Assembly: GCA_045803545.1 (NCBI GenBank) | Contig: JBJMOW010000004.1 | Span: 448,001-512,000 of the forward strand | Direction: 5' to 3' | Length of the DNA stretch: 64,000 bases | From: Gemmatimonadaceae bacterium | GTDB lineage: Bacteria; Gemmatimonadota; Gemmatimonadetes; Gemmatimonadales; Gemmatimonadaceae | In this document: piece after piece, positions 9,973-19,414 of the stretch | How positions within the stretch are numbered: position 1 is the stretch's first letter | How the letters are laid out: each line of letters starts with the position of its first letter | The notes under the pieces: generated by a model | Seen by the model: only the letters and a program-made list of their open reading frames with translations | The model's database searches: none | Told to the model about the DNA's origin: nothing | Translations under genes and position numbers: made by a program

Positions 9973-10068
9973 TAAACCTTTTTCGCCATTCAGGAATCAA
10001 ACATTATCGGAGACTGCAGCCACGGCCCACCAGCTCACTGAGCTCCGTCAATCAAAGAGGGGGGCCGC

Positions 10069-11553
10069 ATGCGCAGGATCAGCATGGGCGCAGCGGAGTC
10101 GAAGCACCTGCATCTATTCGACTACGTTGGCGTTCGCAAATGGATCATCTTCGTTATATCAGGACTGCTGCTCGGGGTTACCGAGGTCGCAGCAGCTGCT
10201 CAAACGCAGCACGAAGTACACTTCAGTAGCTACGATGACAGCCTAGTTGCTGGTGGCGGTCCGTACGTCGCGCCGCGAACTCCGATCGATGCCGCGGAGG
10301 CAACCGCCGTCGCGGACGCAACTGCTGTCGCGCCGGCACCGGAAACAAGTCCGGTCTTTACCGCCGAGTATTGGGATGCTCTCGCCGATCTGAATCTCAC
10401 GGCGCTTAGAAACACTGCAGACGGGGACGCCCAGCAGGGTTTTGCGCGAGGGATGTCGCTGCTGGCGGACGGCGACGCTGAAGGTGCGGAGAAAGTGTTC
10501 GCTTCTGGCAGCGAGCAACTGTCAGATGCGACCGTTGGTATAGCGTCGCAAATCATGCTGGCGACGACACTGCTATACGAGCACAAATGGGCGGAGCTGC
10601 GTGCATTCGCGTTCAGCCCGCACCTCAGTCCGTCCGACAAGGATATCGTCCACGACTACCAGCGCTGGGGATTCGCGTTCGCGAACATCGAAGCGCAGCG
10701 CATTACGATGTCGGTCGATTCGATGCTGATGCCATTACGCATGAGTGCCATTGGCACGCCGACGATCCGTGTGAAGATCAATGGCAAGTCCTACGACTTC
10801 TGGCTGGACACGGGATCGAGCATCACGGTGCTCAACTCCGACGTTGCGGAGGAAGTTGGAGCTGCCGTGCTGTCGGGCGAGAATCTGGCGGTGCGTACGT
10901 TCGGTGGATCCGCCCCGGTAAAGGCATCATTTATCCGCCGCATTGAAATCGGACCGCTGTTGCTCGAAAACACCCCGGCGGTGGTCGTCGATGTGTCGCA
11001 CATGGTTCTTAAGTCAGCTCCAGATCAGCCACGGCCTGGCGGGATGCGCATTGACGGTATCATTGGCTGGGACACCATTCGTCAGCTCGATCTTCTGCTC
11101 GACTATACGAATGGACTGGTCCAGATACGCCGCCCGGTGCGCGAAGGTTACTCCCCGCACAATCTGACCTGGTTGGGTAAGCCCTTCGTCGAGGTGCGGA
11201 CCAGGCGCGGTGAGACTTTACACTTCACGCTCGATACTGGTGCTCAGGGAAGCTTTCTCAACGCACTGGCACTGGATAAAACGGGCGCTGCTTCGACGAC
11301 TTCCGAAGGAACTGTCTTCGGGATCGCCGGCACCGGCAAGAGAGCAGACAAGGTCATTCGCACGTTGCCGCTGGATCTCGGCGGGCGATCGGTGCGACTC
11401 GATGGAGTGATGGTCTACGGTCCGACGTATTCGGGCATGATCAACTGCGACGGAATTATTGGCAGCGACATCGCTCGTTACGGGACGATAAGGATCGATG
11501 CCACCAACGGAGTGTTCGCTGTCGGACTCAGTCCGCTGCGAGAATACGACTAA
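10069..11553 (+). CDS. Probable secreted aspartic protease with two retropepsin-like domains
   Basis: FWLDTGS with DGIIGWD, and FTLDTGA with DGIIGSD; N-terminal hydrophobic segment; purine-rich SD-like run upstream. Confidence 0.85.
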   Translation: MRRISMGAAESKHLHLFDYVGVRKWIIFVISGLLLGVTEVAAAAQTQHEVHFSSYDDSLVAGGGPYVAPRTPIDAAEATAVADATAVAPAPETSPVFTAEYWDALADLNLTALRNTADGDAQQGFARGMSLLADGDAEGAEKVFASGSEQLSDATVGIASQIMLATTLLYEHKWAELRAFAFSPHLSPSDKDIVHDYQRWGFAFANIEAQRITMSVDSMLMPLRMSAIGTPTIRVKINGKSYDFWLDTGSSITVLNSDVAEEVGAAVLSGENLAVRTFGGSAPVKASFIRRIEIGPLLLENTPAVVVDVSHMVLKSAPDQPRPGGMRIDGIIGWDTIRQLDLLLDYTNGLVQIRRPVREGYSPHNLTWLGKPFVEVRTRRGETLHFTLDTGAQGSFLNALALDKTGAASTTSEGTVFGIAGTGKRADKVIRTLPLDLGGRSVRLDGVMVYGPTYSGMINCDGIIGSDIARYGTIRIDATNGVFAVGLSPLREYD

Positions 11554-12484
11554 AGACGTCGCTGTCGACGTTGCCGCCGGATAAGACGACGGCAACGTTT
11601 CGACCGCGCATCGTTTCTTTCTCCTTGATCAGCGCAGCGAGGGCCGCAGCCCCCCCGCCCTCCGCTGTATTGTGGGTATCCGTAAAGAGCGCGCGCATTG
11701 CTGCTTCAACTTCATCGTCATCTACGCGGATAACTCGCTCGGCACCGCGACGGGCTATTGCGAGAGCCGACTCGTTGACCGTTCGGCACGCCATCCCGTC
11801 GGCGATTCTGGTGGAAGCCTCGTGGGTCATCGGTCGACCCTGCGCGAACGAGAGCGCGAACGCGGGCGCGCGGTCGGATACGACCGCTACGATTCGTGTG
11901 TCGAGGCCAAGCGCGTCACGCGCGGAGATCAACCCGCATAAGCCGCTGCCCATACCCACCGGGACATAGACTGTGTGGATGTCTTTGACAGCGCGCAGAA
12001 GCTCCAGGGCATAGGTGCCGACGCCCCGCACGAGCTGCGGATGGAACGAAGGGAATCGATGCCAGACACGCTCAGCGCAAATCTCGTTTGCGATCTCGTG
12101 GGATTCCTGAAAGTCCCGACCGCGCTCGATGACCTCGACGCCAAGGGCGCGCATCGCGGCGTTCTTGTCAACGCTATTGCCGATCGGCACTACAACAGCG
12201 GCCCGCACGCCGTAGGTGCGCGCGGCGAAGCCGACGGACTGACCGTGATTGCCACGCGTGGCTGAAATGACACCATCAGGTTTATCGCCGCCGCGGCAGA
12301 GGTCATGCAGATAAACGAGTCCACCGCGCACCTTGAAGGCGCCCGTCGGGTTGTGGTTCTCGTGCTTTACCCAGACCGCGGTTCCGACGCGTTGATCGAG
12401 CAGCGGCCACCGATACTGCGGGGTCGGAGGCAGATGGTGGTACACCAGGGCCGCCGCCGACTCCAGCGAATCGAGTGAGGGCAT
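11528..12484 (-). CDS. PLP-dependent threonine/serine dehydratase family protein (no ACT domain)
   Basis: KHENHNPTGAFKVRGG, ATRGNHGQ, PVGMGSG, LSGGNVD. Confidence 0.88.
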   Translation of the reverse strand: MPSLDSLESAAALVYHHLPPTPQYRWPLLDQRVGTAVWVKHENHNPTGAFKVRGGLVYLHDLCRGGDKPDGVISATRGNHGQSVGFAARTYGVRAAVVVPIGNSVDKNAAMRALGVEVIERGRDFQESHEIANEICAERVWHRFPSFHPQLVRGVGTYALELLRAVKDIHTVYVPVGMGSGLCGLISARDALGLDTRIVAVVSDRAPAFALSFAQGRPMTHEASTRIADGMACRTVNESALAIARRGAERVIRVDDDEVEAAMRALFTDTHNTAEGGGAAALAALIKEKETMRGRNVAVVLSGGNVDSDVFSRILAAD

Positions 12485-12563
12485 ATCAATCGAAACAGAT
12501 CTCAAACCAGTGCCGTAAGTAGACTTGTCCAACCCGGTATCCATTATCCGCCCCGTCGTCCCG

Positions 12564-15389
12564 ATGTCAAAATTCGTTGCTTTTTTCCAATCGTCAAATC
12601 CGATTGAACGCGCCCCGCGCGTGCTGCTCACGGCATCCGCATGCGCTGCCTTCATCGCAATCTCAGGATCCACCGCGCTATTGGGTGCTCAATCCACCGC
12701 GCAAAGTAGCGGCGCACGCGTACAAACGAGCTCCACTGAAGCTCCGCTGCCCGTCGCGGCAGCAGCGGAAGCGACGAGTACAATCAACGTCGACGGCAAG
12801 CTGGATGATGCCGCATGGTCTCGTGCGACCCCAATCACCGACTTTCATCAGCAGCAGCCGAAGGAAGGGGTGCCCCCAAGCGAGAGAACAGAGGTGCGCG
12901 TGATCTTCGATGAGCACGCGCTTTATATCGGGGCCCGGATGTACGACGCGCTGGGCCGGAATGGCATTCGCGCGCCGGTCTCGCGTCGCGATCAGCTGCT
13001 TGACTCGAATGGAAACAACGGATCATTCAATTCGCTGACGACCGACAAGCTGATCGTCATGCTCGATCCCTATCACAACAAGATCGACCAGGCGTGGTTC
13101 GAGGTTAATCCGGCCGGAGTCCGCGGCGATCAATTCAACGGCGATCCCTCGTGGGACCCGATTTGGGAAGCAGCAACACAGGTCGACTCCCTCGGCTGGA
13201 CAGCCGAGATGCGGATTCCATATTCGCAGCTGCGCTTTTCGCGGGATAGCCTGCAGACCTGGGGCATGCAGATCTGGCGTTACACTGACCGTCTGCACGA
13301 GCAGGACATGTGGTCCTTCCGCAAGCTGAGTGAGGCAGGAGGCCCTGCCTACTTTGGCTCTCTCACCGGTTTGAAGATCGGCCCGCAACCGCGTCAGCTC
13401 GAGCTGGTCCCGTACGCCACGTCGCGCGCAGGATTCAAATACGCGCCGCCGACCGATCCGTATCACAGCAGCACGTACGGGCAGATGACTGCAGGTGCCG
13501 ACCTCAAGTACCTGCTGACTCCAAGCCTCGCGCTCGACGCCACGATCAACCCGGACTTCGGGCAGGTTGAGGTCGATCCTGCAACGATCAATCTGTCGGC
13601 GTACGAAACCTATTATCAGGAGAAGCGGCCGTTCTTCGTCGCGGGCAGCAATGCGTTCGATTTCGGTGGTATGAACTGTTACTTCTGCAGCAACACGTCG
13701 AGCCTCGACTTCTTCTACTCCCGTCGCATTGGCAGGCCGCCGCAGCTGAACGGCTATGTCAGCGACAACTCAGCGTTTGCGGACACACCTGACAACACGA
13801 CAATTCTGGGCGCGGGCAAAATCACCGGCCGCACCGTCGGCGGATACACGATTGGATTGCTCGACGCGGTGACTGGGCGCGAGAATGCGCGATACGTGAC
13901 GGCTGTGAATGCACCCGAGCAGACCCAGCTCGTAGAACCGCTCACGAACTACTTCGTTGGTCGCGTCAAGAAAGATCTCAATCAGGGTGCGACGACCATT
14001 GGAACCGCGTTCACCTCGGTGATTCGAGATCTGAGCGATACCATAGTCTCCGACAGATTGCGCAGTCACGCCGAAGCGGGCGGCATCGACTGGAACCACC
14101 GCTGGAGCCAGCGCACCTATTCGTGGATGGGGTCGGTCCTAGTGTCCGACGTCGCGGGCTCGACGGCGGCGATCGATGCGACGCAACAGTCAAGCGCTCA
14201 CTACTTCCAGCGCCCGGATCGCAAGAACACAAGCGACGGTTTGTTCGACACCCAGTATCGGCCGAACGCGAATTCGATGCAGGGCTACGGTCTCTACACA
14301 CGTGTGGCCAAGGACAATGGATTCTGGTTGTGGGAGCTTAGTCAGAACTGGCGCAGCCCCGGATTCGAAGTGAACGACGCTTCGTTCCTGAGTCGCGCCG
14401 ATTACAAGTGGATGAGCGGCAACATCGGCAGCTCGTGGCAGACGCCGGGCAGCTGGTATCGCTCGGTGACCTGGCTGCTCGGCGGGCAGCAGCAGTTCAA
14501 CTACGATGGCGATCGCACCGACTCGCAGGCGCAGGCGTATTACGAGACGATGTTCCTGAACTACTGGAAGGTTCGCAGCTTTGCGATCTATCATCCGACC
14601 GTGCTCGACGACCGGTTGACTCGTGGCGGTCCGGTGGTGATGAGGACGGGTTACAATTTCGGAATGCTCGAGTTGTCGAGTGATGCGCGGCAGCGCGTGG
14701 TCGGCGACTTCAGCATCCAGGTTGGGCGTGGAATCAACTCCGACACCCATACGCTGATCATTCAGCCCGGAATGGCGATCAAACCATCGTCCAACGTCTT
14801 CATCAGCCTGTCACCGAGCTATGTTGCGGATGAAGATGCCGCGCAGTACGTGACGACAGTGACGGATCCGACCGCGACGGCATTCTACGGACAACGCTAC
14901 GTCTTCGCGTTCATCAAGACCAAAACGCTTTCACTCGATACCAGAGTGAACTGGACCTTCAATCCAAACCTCACCCTGCAGCTCTTTGCGCAGCCATTTA
15001 TCTCCAGCGGCGCCTACTCCGCGTTCCGCGAGTTCGCTGCGCCGCGTACCTATCGGAAGGTTGTATACGGTCAGGACATCGGTACGATCTCGCGCAGTCC
15101 GGCTACGGCGACGGATGGAGCGCAGTACACTGTCGACCCGGACGGAGCGGGTCCGGCAGCGCCGTACAGTTTCGGCGATCCCGATTTCACTTTCCGCTCA
15201 TTGATCGGGAACGCGGTTCTGCGCTGGGAGTACCGCCCGGGATCGACGGTATTCTTCGTCTGGACACAGAGCCGTAGCGGGAGCGATCCAAACGGCAACT
15301 TCGATTTCAGCTCGGAGCGAGGGGCGATATTCCGCGATCGCCCGACCAATATCTTCCAGGTGAAGGTCAACTACTGGATTGGTCGCTGA
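12564..15389 (+). CDS. DUF5916 protein, second paralog
   Basis: VDGKLDD.AW, WTAEMRIPYSQLRF, NPDFGQVEVDP, EKRPFF, LRWEYRPGSTVFFVWTQ, KVNYW; start approximate. Confidence 0.85.
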   Translation: MSKFVAFFQSSNPIERAPRVLLTASACAAFIAISGSTALLGAQSTAQSSGARVQTSSTEAPLPVAAAAEATSTINVDGKLDDAAWSRATPITDFHQQQPKEGVPPSERTEVRVIFDEHALYIGARMYDALGRNGIRAPVSRRDQLLDSNGNNGSFNSLTTDKLIVMLDPYHNKIDQAWFEVNPAGVRGDQFNGDPSWDPIWEAATQVDSLGWTAEMRIPYSQLRFSRDSLQTWGMQIWRYTDRLHEQDMWSFRKLSEAGGPAYFGSLTGLKIGPQPRQLELVPYATSRAGFKYAPPTDPYHSSTYGQMTAGADLKYLLTPSLALDATINPDFGQVEVDPATINLSAYETYYQEKRPFFVAGSNAFDFGGMNCYFCSNTSSLDFFYSRRIGRPPQLNGYVSDNSAFADTPDNTTILGAGKITGRTVGGYTIGLLDAVTGRENARYVTAVNAPEQTQLVEPLTNYFVGRVKKDLNQGATTIGTAFTSVIRDLSDTIVSDRLRSHAEAGGIDWNHRWSQRTYSWMGSVLVSDVAGSTAAIDATQQSSAHYFQRPDRKNTSDGLFDTQYRPNANSMQGYGLYTRVAKDNGFWLWELSQNWRSPGFEVNDASFLSRADYKWMSGNIGSSWQTPGSWYRSVTWLLGGQQQFNYDGDRTDSQAQAYYETMFLNYWKVRSFAIYHPTVLDDRLTRGGPVVMRTGYNFGMLELSSDARQRVVGDFSIQVGRGINSDTHTLIIQPGMAIKPSSNVFISLSPSYVADEDAAQYVTTVTDPTATAFYGQRYVFAFIKTKTLSLDTRVNWTFNPNLTLQLFAQPFISSGAYSAFREFAAPRTYRKVVYGQDIGTISRSPATATDGAQYTVDPDGAGPAAPYSFGDPDFTFRSLIGNAVLRWEYRPGSTVFFVWTQSRSGSDPNGNFDFSSERGAIFRDRPTNIFQVKVNYWIGR

Positions 15390-16383
15390 TCGCGGGTAGT
15401 GGGACTCCGCCGAGGTTAAGCGTGGTTCCCACTCCGGCGGCCTGTGCTTTTTCGTAGACAATAGATGCCGCAGCGGCGTCTTCGATCGCGACTCCGGTGC
15501 TGTCGAAGATGATTATCTCGCTGTCGTCGTGTCTGCCGGCGATGCGTCTGCTGACGACCTCGTCGAGCGAGGCGCGCACATCGGAGATTGTCATATCGCC
15601 AGCGTCGATCGCGTGGTGCAGGTCGCCGATCCTGGCGCACTGGTCGATGTCGTCGACCACGACAACGGCGCTGCGGAGAAGTTCGACGCTCAGCTCCTGC
15701 TTATCCTCGCTATCGGCGCCGACAGCAGCGATGAATGTACCGCGGTTAACGTCGTCGACATCGATTATCGGCTGATTTGAAGGCGTTGTCGTAACGACGA
15801 TCGTGCTACCGGCTGTTGCTTCATGCACGGTCGCCGAGCTGGCGCAATCTACGCCGTGCGCCGTGCGCATTTCGCTGCAGAATGCTGCAGTCGCGGCCGA
15901 GTCGAGATCGTAGGCGCGCAGCCGGCGAATCGGTCGAACCTGCAGCAGTGCTTCTACATGCGCCCGAGCCTGAATCCCACAACCGATTACTGCCAGGGTA
16001 TATGCGTTCTCCAACGCCAGCCACCTGGCTGCGACCGCACTCGCGGCGGCTGTTCGCATCGCTGTAATGATGCCGGAGTCCATTAGTGCCAACGGCGTGC
16101 CGGTCAACGCGTCGAAGAGTACTACGACTCCCTGAATCGAAGGCAAACCTCTCCGTGCTGGATTGGCGGGCAAGTTCGCATTGATCTTCGTAACTGCGTA
16201 CGAGTGGTTACTGTCGAGAGTCGCGAGCTTGGCGTGGAGCTTTCCACCTTCCAGAGCGACTCCGGCGACTGCGCTGCTGGCTCGAGCTCCCAGTCCCCGT
16301 GCGCGAAACGCCGCCTCGACTGCGTCGATGCACGACGGCATGTCCAGAAGCCGTTTCACTTGTTGCGCTGTGAGCACAAGCAT
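15367..16383 (-). CDS. Ornithine cyclodeaminase/mu-crystallin family protein
   Basis: TAMRTAAASAVA, IGCGIQA, AVGAD, FDSTGVAIED; SD GGAGG. Confidence 0.9.
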   Translation of the reverse strand: MLVLTAQQVKRLLDMPSCIDAVEAAFRARGLGARASSAVAGVALEGGKLHAKLATLDSNHSYAVTKINANLPANPARRGLPSIQGVVVLFDALTGTPLALMDSGIITAMRTAAASAVAARWLALENAYTLAVIGCGIQARAHVEALLQVRPIRRLRAYDLDSAATAAFCSEMRTAHGVDCASSATVHEATAGSTIVVTTTPSNQPIIDVDDVNRGTFIAAVGADSEDKQELSVELLRSAVVVVDDIDQCARIGDLHHAIDAGDMTISDVRASLDEVVSRRIAGRHDDSEIIIFDSTGVAIEDAAAASIVYEKAQAAGVGTTLNLGGVPLPAISDQSSS

Positions 16384-16401
16384 GGTGCCTCCGGTTTCGG
16401 A

Positions 16402-17748
16402 CTAGGGTGTGCGATCGCAACCCAACTGTGGAGCGACGGATTTCCTGACGGCGTAGCTGCGGAAAAGCTGGTTGCGCTCGGCGCACAACTGGGCGTTGTC
16501 GGGCTGGATCGACTGAGCCAATCCGTACAGCGTGAGTGCTTTTAGCGTATCGCCCTGCGCGAGATAGCGTCGTGGCTCGTAGAAGGACGCCCGCACGAAG
16601 ATGGACGAGAGCTCGCGGCGTGCTGCGAGCGCGCCGATGGTGTCGACGGATTGTCGGGCCCGATCTCTGAGCTCGTCGAGCTTGAGCGCTGAGCGGAGCC
16701 GGTCGACGGGTTGAGGTCTGTCGGCTCGTGAGAAGTCGGAGAAGAAAGCGTCCTCGCGTTCGAGAGCGGTCTGACTTTCGGCCGCCAACTGCGAGACGCG
16801 TTTCGCGGTCCGCTTCACTACGTCACGCTCCGCCAGCGTCGTCGCGGCTGCAACGAGGACGGACGCATCGTGAAGGCCGGAAAAATCAGCAGCCGCCTGG
16901 CGATACAATAGAGAGGCTGCGTACGGGTCAACGCGGGCAAGTGAATCAGTCGATGCAACGGTAACCTTATAGACGGAGTCGACCCAGGTGCGGTCTACCG
17001 ATAGTCGTCCGTCACGCATTGCCTGAAGTTGGAGCCAGACGATAGCGTTGCTGCAAATCGTCTCTGGTGGCCAGCTGTGCGGGCCATCGAAAGTCTCGAG
17101 GTGATGGCGAATGGCGAACGCATCGAGCTTGGCGTCAAGCGCGCGTACTTCCTCGTAATTGAAGTCGGTAGTTCCAACGCTGAGGAACACCGCGAAGGGC
17201 GTCGTATCCCTGGCAAGGCTTCTTTGTAACAGCAGTTGCGGCATTGGTAATCCGGCACCGACTTCGATCAAGCCAGCGACGTTATCCGGAATCGAATAGC
17301 CATAGTTCCAGGCGAGTCTGCCGGTCCCGGAGAACCCGGCGAAGTAGAACCGATGAAGGTCGATGGAGTATCGTGACTGGGCGTCATCGAGCAGAGCGTT
17401 GAGCGCTCGGTCATTTGGCTCAATCGGCCCGTCGCTCTGAGTCTGATACGAGCTCATGACGACGTATCCGTATCGTTCTGCTTCAGCGCGGAAAAGTCGC
17501 ATCGGCACCATGGCGCGCCCGCGCGGATCCATCAAAAACAAAACCGGCCAGCGGTGCCCTCTGTCGTAACCGGACGGCAAATAGAGAGCGTAGGTCTGCG
17601 ACGTATCGCTCGTCGCATGGACTGTATCGATAACGACGCCGGGCCGAATCGTATCAACCGTCGCGGTGCCTGCCATTGCGGCGACGGGAAGCGCGCACGT
17701 CGATGCGACGACAGCGAGAGCGAGACACGAACGCATATGGCTGGTCAT
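16402..17748 (-). CDS. Secreted alpha/beta-hydrolase-like protein with helical/TPR C-terminus
   Basis: Signal peptide; YALYLPSGY, GFSGTG nucleophile elbow, GTTDFN, GPHSW. Confidence 0.65.
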   Translation of the reverse strand: MTSHMRSCLALAVVASTCALPVAAMAGTATVDTIRPGVVIDTVHATSDTSQTYALYLPSGYDRGHRWPVLFLMDPRGRAMVPMRLFRAEAERYGYVVMSSYQTQSDGPIEPNDRALNALLDDAQSRYSIDLHRFYFAGFSGTGRLAWNYGYSIPDNVAGLIEVGAGLPMPQLLLQRSLARDTTPFAVFLSVGTTDFNYEEVRALDAKLDAFAIRHHLETFDGPHSWPPETICSNAIVWLQLQAMRDGRLSVDRTWVDSVYKVTVASTDSLARVDPYAASLLYRQAAADFSGLHDASVLVAAATTLAERDVVKRTAKRVSQLAAESQTALEREDAFFSDFSRADRPQPVDRLRSALKLDELRDRARQSVDTIGALAARRELSSIFVRASFYEPRRYLAQGDTLKALTLYGLAQSIQPDNAQLCAERNQLFRSYAVRKSVAPQLGCDRTP

Positions 17749-17762
17749 GAACTTACCCCCGG

Positions 17763-18464
17763 GTGCTAGCTTATGTGCCTGTGCTTTCTTTGATCGGCAT
17801 CGTCATCGTCGTCATCGGATTTGTCCTTCGGATAAATCCACTGCTGGTCGTTACAGTGGCCGGGCTGGCCACAGGCATCGCGAGCGGACTCGGGCCACTG
17901 GAGGTCATTGCCGCGTTCGGCAAGGCCTTCATCACCAGCCGCTACGTCGCAATTGTTTGGTTGGTTCTGCCCGTGATTGGTTTACTCGAGCACGCCGGAC
18001 TCAAGGAGCGAGCGCGCGGCGTTGTCGCGCGGCTGCGTGCCGCGACTGCCAGCCGAATCCTGCTTGCCTATTTCGCCATTCGCCAAATTACCGCCGCCCT
18101 CGGCCTGACATCACTCGGTGGTCACCCGCAGATGGTGCGACCGTTGATCGCCCCGATGGCTGAAGGCGCTGCTGAGAACCAGTACGGCAAACTGCCGGAC
18201 AAAGTCCGCAACACCATCCGCGCGAATGCAGCCGCGGTCGACAACATCGCCTTGTTCTTCGGCGAAGACATCTTCATCGCCATCGGATCGATCCTGTTGA
18301 TTCGTGGATTTCTCGACCAGAATGGAGTTCACGTCGAGCCGACTGAGCTCGCGATCTGGGCGATCCCAACGGCGATCTGCGCACTCGTGATTCACTGCAC
18401 GCGACTGATGCTTCTCGAGCGTCGGCTGCGCAGAGAGTTGTCACCCAGCTCCGACGGCGCTTGA
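17763..18464 (+). CDS. DUF969 family membrane protein (putative 5-oxoproline transporter subunit)
   Basis: NPLLVV, LPVIGLLEHAGLKE, LGGHPQMVRPLIAPMAEGA, FFGEDIFIA; true start may be GTG 17775 or 17781. Confidence 0.88.
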   Translation: MLAYVPVLSLIGIVIVVIGFVLRINPLLVVTVAGLATGIASGLGPLEVIAAFGKAFITSRYVAIVWLVLPVIGLLEHAGLKERARGVVARLRAATASRILLAYFAIRQITAALGLTSLGGHPQMVRPLIAPMAEGAAENQYGKLPDKVRNTIRANAAAVDNIALFFGEDIFIAIGSILLIRGFLDQNGVHVEPTELAIWAIPTAICALVIHCTRLMLLERRLRRELSPSSDGA

Positions 18465-19414
18465 TCACACTCGAGCACGTCTACTGGCTCACGGGCCTGA
18501 TGATGGCGGGAGTGTCGATCGTGAACTGGCGCGATCGCACCAATCGTCGGCGTTTCAACAACACCGCGTTCTGGGGGATCTACGCAATCACGTTCCTTTT
18601 CGGCTCGCGAATGCCTGATCTGGCGAGCGGGTTTCTGGTGATTGCGATGGTGTTGGTGGCTAGCATCCGCGGATTGGGACAAGGCGTCGACCAGAGCTCA
18701 CCCGAGAAACGCGAGTCGAGCGCGCTGCAGTGGGGCAACAAGCTGTTCATTCCAGCGCTGGCAATTCCGATAGTGACGGTCGTCGGGACGCTCACGCTCA
18801 AACACGTCACCATCGCCGGCAGCCCACTCGTGGACGTCAAGCAAGTCACGGTGATCTCGCTGGCCATTGCGACAGTCATTGCTCTGGCGATCGGAATGAT
18901 CCTTCTGCGGCCGCCGCTGTCAGCGCCAATCAGGGAAGCGAGGCGATTGCTGGATGCAGTCGGCTGGGCGGCGGTTCTACCGCAGATGCTCGCGGCGCTT
19001 GGAGCTTTGTTCGCGTTGGCGGGCGTCGGAACCGTAGTGTCCGGACTGGCGCAGCGCTGGATTCCGCTGGACACTCCGTTTTTAGTAGTGATCACCTATA
19101 CGGTTGGAATGGCGGTGTTCACGATGATCATGGGTAACGCCTTCGCTGCGTTCCCGGTGATGACAGCAGGAATTGGATTGCCGCTGATCGTGCAGAAATT
19201 CGGCGGAGATCCGACGATCATGGCGGCGATCGGAATGCTTTCCGGCTTTTGTGGTACACTGATGACGCCTATGGCGGCGAACTTCAACATCGTACCGACG
19301 GCGCTGCTCGAGCTCCCTGACGAGAACGCGGTAATCAAAGTGCAGATTCCGACAGCGCTGATCCTGCTCGGCGCCAACATCCTGCTCATGAACTTTCTTG
19401 TCTTTCGTCGGTGA
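18461..19414 (+). CDS. DUF979 family membrane protein (putative 5-oxoproline transporter subunit)
   Basis: LPQMLAALGALF, FTMIMGNAFAAFPVMTAGIG, GFCGTLMTPMAANFNIVP. Confidence 0.9.
   Translation: MITLEHVYWLTGLMMAGVSIVNWRDRTNRRRFNNTAFWGIYAITFLFGSRMPDLASGFLVIAMVLVASIRGLGQGVDQSSPEKRESSALQWGNKLFIPALAIPIVTVVGTLTLKHVTIAGSPLVDVKQVTVISLAIATVIALAIGMILLRPPLSAPIREARRLLDAVGWAAVLPQMLAALGALFALAGVGTVVSGLAQRWIPLDTPFLVVITYTVGMAVFTMIMGNAFAAFPVMTAGIGLPLIVQKFGGDPTIMAAIGMLSGFCGTLMTPMAANFNIVPTALLELPDENAVIKVQIPTALILLGANILLMNFLVFRR

Noticed and set aside
5744..11553. Genomic island integrated at tRNA-Cys
   Set aside because: No integrase, no duplicated tRNA 3' end seen downstream, no obvious compositional shift
10069..11553. 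Retroelement or retron suggested by retropepsin domains
   Set aside because: No reverse transcriptase, integrase or gag-like gene in the window; the proteins have export signals
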